DNA from: Chiloscyllium plagiosum
Taxonomy: Eukaryota
NCBI RefSeq assembly: GCF_004010195.1
Contig: NC_057719.1
Location: forward strand, 61,279,588 to 61,340,392
DNA length: 60,805 nt
Reading direction: 5' to 3'
A program made the position numbers and the translations under genes. Each line of letters starts with the position of its first letter. The first letter of the stretch is position 1. Below are positions 49,940 through 60,805 of the stretch, piece after piece. A model generated the notes under the pieces. The model saw only the letters and a program-made list of their open reading frames with translations. It did not search any database and was not told the DNA's origin.

Positions 49940-52600
49940 CCTTCATGCTTTTTTTTTCCCAGCCAAGATCATGTTATCTCAATGATGTTCAATGTTCCAC
50001 AGCCAGCTGTTTTCGCCTCATCCTGCAATCCACACTCAGTGCCATGTGTCATCACATGCACACTCTCTACCTCTCTCCGACAGCGCTGCTATGCTGGTTC
50101 AGAGCTTCACTGCTCCCCAGCTCCACCTCATCCTCCAGCTTCTTCAACATGCTAATTAGAAACCTTTTATGTTCCTTCCAGGTATTAAGAAACACAAGAC
50201 ACAACAACGCAGAGATATCCATGGCCCTGCAGAACTTCCACCCCTCCCCTTCTCTCTGATTCAATTTCCTCTCACAACCCCATCTCCTGCCATGCATTTA
50301 CTATCCCTCTTGATCTTCTGCTCTCCGATAAACATTCTGTACTCATCAAAGGTATTAGTTTTATCCCACTGAATGCAAACCTTAATGATTTTCAGGCATT
50401 ACTTGACATTGTAGTCTTCTTTGGTCGCTTTCTCCTCCGTGATATTTCTTTGGACAAGAATTCTCTCCCTGTTCTTTTGTCCACCTTCAACACTCTCCTT
50501 CTACTTGGACCCCTCCCTCTTGCCTTTTACCTGAATTTGACCTGTCCATTGAGAACTGTTGACATGATATTGGTAGCTTCAATATCTCAGCCACCATCAC
50601 CCCTTCCAAATGGTCTACCCATGAATAGACTGCACTCCATGCTCTCAGATCCTAACTTTATAATCAAACATGCTGCCAAGGATTGTGCTGTTGTTGTCTG
50701 ATGGACAGACCTCGACACTGTAGAGGCTGAAAAAGAAATACCTCTTCCTACTGCCCCAGACCATGACTCCACCATGGAACATCATTTTATTTTATCCACT
50801 ACAGTCACTAATCTCATTTCATCGGGTGATCTCTCTCTCCCATCAAGCCTGCAAGTTCACGGTCTCCTGACCCTTCACAGCTCACTTCTACCTCCTTCCC
50901 AAAATCCACATGTATGACTGCCTGACAGACCTATTGTTTCTGCCTAATCCTGTCCCACAAAGTTCATCTCTTCTTATCTTAAGTGTTAGGTTAAAGGGGT
51001 AAATGTAGGGGTATGGGTGGGTTGCGCTTCGGCGGGTCGGTGTGGACTTGTTGGGCCAAAGGGCCTGTTTCCACACTGTAAGTAATCTAATCTAATCTAA
51101 TCTAATCTTGTCTCATTTTTTTTTCTTCTCGAGTCCCTCCCCACTTACATTTGTGATTATTCTGATGCTTTACGTCAGTTTCGGAATTTCAAGTTTGCGG
51201 GCCTCCTCTTCACAATGGACATGCAATCTCTTAACACACCCATTCCCCATCAGGATGGTCTCAGGGCTCTCCACTGTTTCCTGGAATAAAGGTCTAAATT
51301 TTTCCCATCCACCAACACCCTCCTCCACCTAGCTGAACTCATCCTCACCACAACTTCTATTTTAACTTCTCTTACTTTCTTCAGGTCAAAGGTGTGGCCA
51401 TGGGTACCTGCATGGGCTCCAGTTATGCCCATCTCTTTATGTGGTTCATGGAACATTACTTGTTCCAGTCCTATTCCAGCCGTCACCCACAATTCATTCT
51501 CTGCTAAATGAATGATATCATCGGTGCTGCTTCCCTCCTTCATAAGAAACTGGAAAAAGTTATAAATTTTGCTTCCAATTTCTACCCCACTCTCACACTC
51601 ACCTCATCCATCTCAAGCTCCTCCTTTCCCTTTCTCGACACTTCAGTTTCCATTTCTTAGGATTGGTTAACCACCAATATCCACTACAAACCAAACCAAC
51701 TCCCATAGTTACCTTACTATACATCCTCACACCCTGCTTCCTACAAAGACTCAATACTTTCTCCCAATTCCTCTATCTGTCACATCCATTCTGACGATGC
51801 TAATTTCGGTTAGGCAGCTTACAAAATGTCCACCTTCTGCCTAAACTTAGGATTCCTCAGCATTGTAGTCAGCAGGACCCTCGGCCAGATCCGACCCATC
51901 TCACACAATTTAGCCCTCACCTCCTCTCTTCCCTCCTACACCAGCGGTAGGGACCCCTTGCCACCAGCATCCACTATCCCACCAGCATTCACATCGGAGA
52001 ATTATTAGCCACCATTTCTGCCACCTCTAGCAGGAAGCCACCGCAAGACATCTTCTCTTCCCTTCCCCTTTCAACATTCCTCCAGGACAATTTCCTCACG
52101 GATAATGTAGTCAACTCCCAAACCTCCCCATGGCTCAACAGCACCTTCCTCTGAAAATACAGAAGGTGTAACAACTATCCATTTCCTTCATCCCTCCTCA
52201 GTATCCAAGGATCCAAACACACATTCCAGATGAAGCAGTACATTAGCTGCACTTCACTCAATCTGGACTGTTGCATTCACTGCTCACAATGGTGGTTTTC
52301 TCTACATTAGGGAAATAAAGCATAGATCACTTCAAGGAACACCTACATTCTGTCACAAAACAAAACCTGAGCTTCCAGTTGCCTGCCACCTCAACACACC
52401 ACCTTGTTCCCTCATCAACATCTCTGTGTCAGGCTTGCTGCAGTGCTCCACTGAAGCTCAGCGCAAGCTAGAAGAACAGCACCTCATATTCCACTTGGAA
52501 ACTCAACAGCTTTCTGGACTTCATATTAAGTTCAACGATCTTAGGGTTTGAGGCACCTTCTCCCATGTCCTTACCCTGATCTCCACTCACCAGGCCTTGG
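49940..52600 (+). mobile_element. Neptune-type PLE, long decayed copy; 3' UTR resumes at 54851
   Basis: FYLLPKIH, QVKGVAMGT.MG.SYA, IHYKP, GIY-YIG remnant ~52260-52320. Confidence 0.88.
50983..51107 (+). mobile_element. 5'-truncated HE1-type SINE nested in the PLE
   Basis: Near identical to 37757-37866; (AATCT)5 tail. Confidence 0.92.
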
Positions 52601-54850
52601 CTCAAAAGGGAATCGGGTAATAGGAAAGGAGGTTATTTGAAACTGGAGAACTCAATGTTGAGTCCAGGCAAAAGCTGATCCTCCAACTTGTGTTCTGATT
52701 CACTCTGGCAATGGAAGAGGCCAAGGATGGTCGTATGAGAAAGGGAGTGAGAATGGGAATTAAAATGGGCGGTGACTGGGAGGTCAGGTAGGACCCTGTG
52801 GGCCTGGCTGAGATGCTCAGCAAAATGTGCCCAGAGTTTACATTTGGTCTCACTGATGTTGAGAAGACCATATCGGGAGCACCGGATACAGTAAACTAAG
52901 TTGGAGGAGAGGTAGGTGAACATGTCTCACCTGGAAGGACTGTTTGGGACCCCTGGATGGAAGAGAAGCAGACAGGGGTGGGGATGGGAAGATCTTCTTG
53001 GTGGTGGGGTCTATTTGGAGTTGGTGGAAGTGTTTAAGGATTATACATTGGCAATGAGGTGGTAGATGAGGAGAAGGGGGACCCTGCCTTTATTGCATGG
53101 GTGGGGGGGTTTGGAGCATTTGAGTAGGGAATGGAGGAGGTGCGGTGGAGAGCTGTCTGAATGGCAGAGTAGGGAAAAGCATCCTATTCAAAATAGGTGG
53201 ACATCTGGGATGCTTAGGAGTGGAATGCCTCCTCGTCCAAGCAGAATCTGTGGAGGTGGAGGTATTGGGAAAATGGGGTGGAGTCCTTGCAGGATACTGG
53301 ATGGGAGGAGTCCAGGCAGTTATGGGCGCCTGAAGGTTTACAGTAAACGTCTGTCTGAAGAGGGAGGTGTCAGAGACAGATCAAGTGAATTTATAGGTGG
53401 AGTGGAAGTTGTGGACAAAGTCAATGAACTGCTTTAGTTCAGCCTGGGTACAGGAAGCAGCACTGATGCAGTCATTGATGTAATGGTGAAAGAGTTGGGG
53501 AACAGTGCCTATGTAGGTACTGAAGAGGGACTGTTCGACATAGCCGACAAAGAGGCAGGCATTCTAGGGCCCATCCAAGTGCCCATGGCCACCCCCTGGT
53601 TTTGGAGGAAATGGGAAGAGTTAAAGGAAACATTATTAAGGGTGAAGACTAGTTCGGCAAGGTGGAAGAGGATATTGGTGGAGGGGTACTGGATTGGTCT
53701 GTTAAAGAGGAAGAAGCTGAAGGCCTGAAGGCCATCCTTGTGGGATATGGATGGGTGTAAGGACTACGCATCCACAGTAAAGATAAAGCACTGGGGGCTG
53801 GGGAACTAGAAGTTACTGAAGAGTTGGATGGCATGGTTAGTGTCACAGATGTAGGTCGGAAGTGTCTGAACCAAGGGGGAGGAGGATGGAGTCAAGATTG
53901 GAAGAAACAAATTCGGTGCCGCAGGAGCATGCAGAGATGATAGGTTGGCTGGGGTAGTTGGGCTTGTGGATCTTGGGGATCAGGTAGAACCGGGCAGTGT
54001 GGGGATGGGAGACTATAAGCTCGGAGGTGATGCAACATAAAGGCTTGTCCTCCAGACTGCCACAGCTTATGTCAGCAGGTTTGATAGTGAAACAGAGATT
54101 GGTGTGGACAGAGTGGAGCATTGCATATTCGGAGGGAATGAGGATGGAGTGGGTAAGGAAGGGGTGGAGAAATTGAGGCAGTCGATGTCACGTCGTCAGT
54201 CAGCAATGAAGAGGTTTAGGGCAGATACAAGGCCAGCGGGGGGTATCCATGTGGAGGAGGAAGACTAGAGGCATGGGAAGGGGTCCTTGATGGAAGGTTG
54301 AGAGTTATTGCCGAAGAAGAAAGCACAGAGATGGAGGCACCAGAAGAAAACGTCATGGCAGGTATGGAATTCGTTGATGTGGGGGTGGAGGAGCATGTAT
54401 GTGAGCCCTTTACTGAGAGCGGACCATTTGTCCTCAGATGTTCAAGGTCAAAGGGGGATGGTGAACATATGCCAAGGCTCAGGTGGAGTTTTGGGGTGTC
54501 TTGAGGAGGCGAAAGGAGGGGAGAGGTGAAGGGTGATAGCATGTGGTGGGTAAGGGTTAGATGTACTGTGTTGGGGGGTAGTGGGTGTCAGACAGAAAAT
54601 AGATTGGGAGGGGTTACGCTGGGGAGTGGGGTGGGGTGTGGCAAGGGGTGCAAGGGGATGAGGTGAAGAGGAAGAGGGACAGTTGGAGGGGTCGGGTGCA
54701 TTGTGCAGGTGGATGGGTGAAGACGGAAAGCTGGTGTGCTGGCTGGCTTAGACAGTCAGTAGGACCCGGGGTGACCCTGGGAAATTGGGACAGAGTCTTG
54801 ATTGCAGAGTGGGCGGAGTCATAAGTGGAGGCAGAAACTAAAGGAAAAGT
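52601..54850 (-). mobile_element. Neptune-type PLE nested antisense in the 3' UTR of the preceding PLE
   Basis: Minus ORFs SSNLVYCIRCSRYGLLNISETK (GIY-YIG), ARFYLIPKIHKP; GVAMGT remnant ~53590. Confidence 0.9.
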
Positions 54851-55125
54851 CTGGTCTGCTGTTACACACAACCCATTGTTAGCCACTAATACTCCCTATT
54901 GGTAGATATTAATTCTCCTAGGCTGACCGTTATCCATGTCTTTGTCTGTCCAACTGTTCTCCTCTCTCTTTGAGTTCTATCTCCATCTATTATTTACTCT
55001 ATTTCCCCCTTCCCTCCACCCTATCATCTGCATAAAAACCAACTTTTTCCTAGCTACATCAGTTCTAAAGAAGGGTCACCTGACATGATACATTAACTCT
55101 GATTTCTCTCCAAAGATGCTCAGAA
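54851..55125 (+). mobile_element. Remainder of PLE family B 3' UTR and terminus
   Basis: Parallels 46980-47220; decayed hammerhead 55061-55100. Confidence 0.8.
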
Positions 55126-56414
55126 ATGATCAGTAGTTTATTATTCAGTATTTGTACTTATAACTCTGAACTTGAAGATAATAAGAAGGCTTCTTTTAAC
55201 ATGATTAACTCAAAACTCTTCTGCCTTGCACTGACTTCAGGATTGTCCATAGATTTCTTAATCAGATATCTCCATTTAGTTAAAAATATAATGCATAAAA
55301 ATAAAAATTATGCTCTGGAAACATGAATTATGACTTTCAGTAATACAACATCCAAGTAATTATATCAGCAAAAAGCTAACAGTCATTTTTTGAAAGAGAC
55401 TTTTTAAAATCAAAATTAACTTTTAACAACAATTGTTAACCAGGGGAAATTTATCCAATTTTTTTGATAACAGAAACACCTTTTGGAACATTCAAGAAGC
55501 TAGGTGGATTTAATTTTAATTACTGGAAAATTGCTATAGCCTAGATATTCAATGGTTTCACTCCTATTCTCGGGGCAAAATGGATATCTATGCTTGCAGT
55601 GTAGCATGCACATAATGCACTAGAAGTCTATTCCATGCCATATACTGGTAAAGACATGAAGCCAAGCTTACATAAACAATGCCTGAAGTACTTAATTCAG
55701 CACCTGCTCCTAAAATTTAAATAACCGAAATGCAACTGGCACCGGAGTAGCTGCAAACAGATAAATGTGGTTCCCATGAAGGGTCGCCAGCAGTTAAAAA
55801 TAATTACTGAGGGCTACCACCAAATAGGTGACTGGTGGAAAAATATTTAGCTGATGTGGAGCTGAGTGACCTCCAATATCAAAAAAAAATTGGATCAAAC
55901 CATTATCAACCATTCTATGTTTGTGAGCTTGCCAAAGAATATAATTTCATCCTGAAGCATTTCCAGATGGTGCCATATTCACACTTGTCTAAAGCACAAC
56001 ATGTCTGTGTATGGGAAGGGAACAGTGATAAACTTCAAAAATGACCTGTTCCTTCTCTGCTTGAAGTTGGTCACAGTCACAGTCATAGAGTCATACAGCA
56101 CAGGAACCTTTTGGTCCAAAATGTCAGGATTTTGTATTTTTTTGTTCAACAGTACTCTGGTTTCTATCTTTCCCATTTTCTGAGTTATTCTTTAGTTGCC
56201 TTAAAGTGCATTGAGGTATTCATATAATTTGCTTGCTTAACATCCTTAATTTATTTGATGCTTTTTCCCATTGTCTTACTGAAATGATCTCTTAAATCAA
56301 TCATTCATTCCACTCATCTTTATTTTCTCTTCCTATCTCACCTTTTCTTTTTGATTCTATTAATGTGCTTGTTCATCTTTTATATTTCACTTTTGAAGGG
56401 CCAAGTCAAATATA

Positions 56415-57240
56415 TTGATTCATCCACCAGGGATATATTTCCCTCTCTACCTCTATCCGCTTTTCGCAAAGACCGTTCCCTCCACGACTAGCTGGTCTGG
56501 TCCAAGCCCCCTAACAAGTCACCCTCCCCTCCTGGCACCTTCCCCTGTCACCGCAGGAATTGCAAAACTTGCGCCCACACCTACCCCCTTACCTCTGTCC
56601 AAGGCTCCAAGGAGCCTTCCACATCCATCAAAATTTCACCTGCACTTCCACACATGTCATTTATGGTATCTGTTGCTCCCAATGCGGTCTCCTCTACATT
56701 GGAGAGACTGGGCACCTTCTCAGAGAGCATCTCCAGAACATCCATACCAAGCAACCCCACCGCCCTGTGGCTGAACATTTCAACTCTCCCTCCCACTCTG
56801 CCAAGGACATGCAGGTCCTGGGCCTCCTCCATCACCACTGGCACCTGAAGGAAGAACGCCTTATCTTCCGCCTCGGGACCATTCAATCCCAGGGCATCAA
56901 TGTGGCCTTCACCAATTCTCTTATTTCCCCTCCCCTCACGTTACCCCAGTTCCAACATTCCAGCTCAGCACCACCCTCATGACCTGTCCTACCTGTCAAT
57001 CTTCCTTCCCACCTATTTGCTCCACCCTCCTCTCCAACCGATCACCTTTGCCCCCACTTCCATCCACCTATTGCACTCTCAGCTATCTTCTCCCCAGCCC
57101 CAACCCCTCCCATTTATCTCCACACTCCCGAGGCTCCTGGCCTCATTCCTGATGAAGAGCTCTGGCCCGAAACGTCGATTTTCCTGCTCCTCAGATGCTG
57201 CCTGACTTACTGTGCTTTTCCAGCAACATACTTTCAACCA
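56415..57240 (+). mobile_element. PLE family A 3' fragment (GIY-YIG, UTR, hammerhead)
   Basis: ORF 56560-56982 FTCTSTHVIYGICCSQCGLLYIGET..VAEHFN..EERLIFRLGT. Confidence 0.93.
57145..57180 (+). ncRNA. Minimal type I hammerhead motif (family A)
   Basis: CTGATGA-A-GAGC-TCTG-GCCC-GAAAC-GTC; one stem II mismatch. Confidence 0.72.
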
Positions 57241-57470
57241 CATGGTCCTTCAAGCCTGCTCTGCCATCCAATATGATCACGGCTGGCATCTAAATCGGTA
57301 CCTTGTTCCTGCTTTCTCCATTTGTCCTTTAATCCTTTTAGCCCTAAGACCTTCCTCTAACTTCTCCTTGACAACATTCAATGTGTTGGCCTCAAACGCT
57401 TCCTGTGGAAGAAGATTCCACACACTCATCACTCTCTCAGTGGGAAGGTTTCTCTTACCAATTTGCAAAC
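57240..57470 (-). mobile_element. CR1 3' fragment
   Basis: Minus ORF ERVMSVWNLLPQEA. Confidence 0.8.
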
Positions 57471-57724
57471 ATTGACAGAAGTGTAGATCTTGTCGATCAC
57501 TGGTGGATAGTTTAGTTCTGGCACAGGAGCAACTGAGATTAAAGAACTTTTCATCTTGATGTTAAATGATACTTAAAAGAGCATTCACATTTAATTAAAT
57601 GAATAGTCACTGTCAGGTAGATTGAAAACAGTAAATAGCATAGGGGCTACCGCACAGTTTTGGCTTGACCTGGTCTGATTTTAAGGCACCTGTTTCAGGT
57701 TTCCCACTCAAGACGGTTGCAGTC

Positions 57725-57885
57725 CATAATAAGTTCACAAGACAGTGGAGCAGAAGTAGACCATTCAACCCATTGAGTCGACTTTACCAATGAGGTCTTG
57801 AGGATAATCCTCAAATCCTGCCTTTTCCCTACAGCCCTCAATTTCTTTACCAATTAAAAATCTATCGCAGCCTTTAATATATTTA
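57725..57885 (-). mobile_element. CR1 3' tail fragment
   Basis: GGAGCAGAAGTAGACCATTCAACCCATTGAGTC. Confidence 0.7.
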
Positions 57886-58199
57886 AACAATGCAAACTTT
57901 TATCATGAAGCACTTGTAGGATTCTGATGAAGATTATTGCAAATCTAAATCTTTGAAGCACAATCCACAGAGCCTTGCAATTTACTGAGTCAAACGCATT
58001 GGACAGGTCGATGAGTTCCTAGTGCTGTTCTCAACTTAGATTTACCTGAAACAAAAACTACATCATGGTTTCTTGGAAGATCAAAAGCCATATTCTGTCT
58101 CTGACAAGACTACAGTCACATGAACTGGATGATTCAGGAGAAGAAAGGTCAAGATTTTTCCTGCTCTGGACAAGAGAAATTTGCCTTAATAGAGCAGGA

Positions 58200-58920
58200 T
58201 TTATTCATTTGTATTAATTTTGTGGGGTGTGGGCATTGCTGGCTCACCAGCATTTATGGTCTGTCCCTAGTTGGCCTTGAGAAGGTGGTGGTTAGCTGCC
58301 TTGTTGAACCAATGCAGTCCACCTGTTGTGGATTGACCACAATGTTATTGGGAAGGTAATTCCTGGATTTTGACCCAGCGACAGAGAAGGAATGGCGATA
58401 TATTTCCAAGTCAATATAGTTCCAAGTCAAGATGGTAAATGGCTTAGAGGGGAACTTGAAGATTGTAGTGTTCCCATTTACAAAGGAACCCTCAATTACC
58501 CGAAGGACACAGGCAGGCAGTATTTCACCCAGTTAATCGAATTCCAGATAATCGAATGCCAGATAACATAGTTTAGTCGAGCATCGGGACTTTGCTATCT
58601 TGCCGGATAATCCGATAGTCGCATCATCGAATGCCAGATAATCGAGGTTTCTCTGTATGTACTGCCCTTGTCCTTCTAGATGGAAGTGATCATGGATTAG
58701 AAGATGCAGTCTGAGGCTGAATTTCTACAATGCATCTTGAAGATATTACACACTGTTACCACTGAGTGAAAGTGGTGGAGGGAATGGATGCTTGTGGATG
58801 CAGTGCCAATCAAGTGGCCCGCTTTGTCCTGGATGGTGTCAAGCTTCTTGAGTGTTGGTGGGACTGCCCTCATCCAGGCAAATGGGGAGTATTCCATCAC
58901 ACCCTTGACTTGTGCCTTAG
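58200..58920 (-). mobile_element. Old L2/CR1-group LINE 3' portion
   Basis: Minus ORF MEYSPFAWM..TLKKLDTIQDKA..SLHH; reversed 3' end at ~58225-58270. Confidence 0.85.
58481..58655. mobile_element. pogo/Tigger-like MITE, same family as 26835-27008, opposite orientation
   Basis: TA flanks; ends CAAAGGAACCCTCAATTA / GATAATCGAGGTTTCTCTG. Confidence 0.88.
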
Positions 58921-59269
58921 AGATGATTTTATTTCTTCAAGAACTGTTGCACTCCTAAAGTTTCTGTGTTTGTGCAAATGTGCATGCGTGTTGCAGACTG
59001 GGGATGAAGGTTGGAGGAGAAGGGAGAAGGGAGAAGGAGAGGCAAAGTGTTCTTTTCCTCCCAAATCCATGGGATACGTATATTGAGTCTTGATGTGAGC
59101 CACATATATTAACGCACAATTGGTCAGCCAAATATTCCATCTCCCTTGCCTACTGAAGGTAAAGCTCTGGAATATGTACAGCACTTTCCATACCTTGACT
59201 GCCACTTCTCCCAGAAGTCCACAATTTGCCTGGAGATCAGCTGTGCCAGCACTTCCTTTTACAAACAGT

Positions 59270-59810
59270 GATAATGAGTGTTTAATGATAAGTCCACAAA
59301 TGGCCTAGTGTACAGAACTGCTGTTAATATCATACTTCTGGTCTGCAGCAAAACCGGGACTGTGCTATACAATGAACATCAGAGCTCAAAGGCTTTAAAC
59401 AGCCATATTCTCCGTATTCAATGAGTTGATCATCAAAGAATCACTGATGACCTTCTCAAAACCAGATCTGACAACGCTCTTACAAAATCAACTAGAGTGG
59501 ACCAGGCACAGTTTTCAGACACTCTGGCCAAGCAGATTCTGTTTTATTCAGTTCTCAAATGACTGATGTTCCAGGTCAGAAAAAGCTTCAAAGATATGTT
59601 GAAACTCTCCTTGAAGTAAAGCCATAAAGAGTGGGTGGTGCTTGCTACCAATTGCTCAGAATAGAGACTATTTATCCATCAGTTTCATCATGCTTCAAAT
59701 CATAATGTCTTAGTGATGAGGCAGAGAGAGAAAAAGGAACAAATTCCTGCACACCAGATCTCACACCCTTGTGCCCAAAGATCCACAGCTCAAGAATCAC
59801 TCTGTCCATT
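59270..59810 (+). mobile_element. Old RTE-clade LINE 3' fragment
   Basis: Remnants LVYRTAV, LAKQILFY and FKDMLKLSLK typical of RTE ORF ends. Confidence 0.55.
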
Positions 59811-59851
59811 AATATGAAGGCCATAGTCAAAAGTATGGTGCTGAGTGGTTT

Positions 59852-60074
59852 TTTAGATTAGATTACATTACAGTGTAGAAACAGGCCCTTCGGCCCAACA
59901 AGTCCACACCGACCCGCCGAAGCGAAACCCACCCATACCCCTACATTTACCCCTTACCTAACACTACGGGCAATTTAGCATGGCCAATTCACCTGACCCT
60001 GCACATCTTTTGGACTGTGGGAGGAAACCGGAGCACCCGGAGGAAACCCACGCAGACACGGGGAGAACGTGCAA
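59852..60074 (-). mobile_element. HE1-type SINE, young, 5'-truncated
   Basis: Near-identical reverse complement of 37655-37866. Confidence 0.95.
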
Positions 60075-60077
60075 TGG

Positions 60078-60563
60078 TGTGACAATGCTGCTCCTTTAAC
60101 AAGGTTATGCTGTCTTTTGCTTTTTTTTTCAGAGAGGTTATAAAAGACAGAGACTCTGAAAAGTCTGAGGTGAAGGGTTTCAGGGAAAATTCATTTATAG
60201 CTAATAGATACTGCCTCAGGCAGAAGGCTTTCAGGTTTAAATACAAAACTTGTACAATGAAAGGGGAGTGGCCAATTCTCCCAGCTCAACTTTTCTCTGG
60301 TTTGGTTTAGTTTGGTTTTGCTTTTAGCAGTAGTGTGTGAAAAACCTGCTGGACCCAAAAAAGCAGGTCCATGCTGGTACTCTCTCTCTCTGACCTCTCT
60401 CCTGTAAGAACCTGTGTTTGATTTTACCTTTTGTGCCAAGGGATTTATGGAGATTGTTGCAAGTATTGGAGCACCATCATTAAATTCGGATAATCTGTTG
60501 GGTTTTCGGATAGGTTACGTTATTCTGTATTCTGTTATCTTTTGTTTGTGTTTCATTTGGTAA
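60078..60563 (+). mobile_element. LTR-like sequence (Gypsy), cut by CR1 insertion
   Basis: Starts TGTGAC; TTTAAATA TATA-like box; composition similar to LTRs at 20380 and 28102. Confidence 0.55.
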
Positions 60564-60805
60564 TAGAACATAGAACATAGAACATAGAAGAATACAGCGC
60601 AGTACAGGCCCTTTGGCCCTCGATGTTGCGCCGATCCAAGCCCACCTAACCTATACTAACCCACTATCCTCCATATACCTATCCAATGCCCGCTTAAATG
60701 CCCATAAAGAGGGAGAGTCCACCACTGCTACTGGCAGGGCATTCCATGAACTTACGACTCGCTGAGTGAAGAACCTACCCCTAACTTCAGTCCTATATCA
60801 ACCCC
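60564..60805 (-). mobile_element. Young CR1 3' end
   Basis: (AGAACAT)n reversed tail, CAGTACAGGCCCTTTGGCCCTCGATG; VWNALP on minus strand. Confidence 0.92.

Noticed and set aside
58399..58430. 16-bp tandem duplication TATATTTCCAAGTCAA
   Set aside because: Ordinary slippage inside an old LINE

Overview
Vertebrate, almost certainly cartilaginous-fish (shark-like), non-genic or intronic DNA, judged from HE1-type SINEs and the CR1/Penelope families present. Most of the window is decayed, nested retroelements: CR1 LINEs, an older L2/CR1-group LINE and its partner SINE, at least four Penelope-like (PLE) families, a near-complete Gypsy element (3453-9679), Gmr1-type LTR elements with integrase upstream of RT, solo LTRs, Tx1 and RTE fragments, and two pogo/Tigger-like MITEs. 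I found no intact element ORF and no recognisable host gene; most ORF-track entries are TE fragments or noise. Most notable: (i) about 15 minimal hammerhead-ribozyme motifs in PLE termini, some in ~95-220 bp TSD-flanked mini-insertions, one a 186-bp palindrome with a hammerhead on each strand; (ii) an 82-bp perfect inverted copy of nearby DNA plus fold-back, resembling a templated repair scar; (iii) a candidate 54-nt minus-strand cassette exon in unique sequence. Family names come from remembered motifs, not database searches, and most old-repeat boundaries are approximate.
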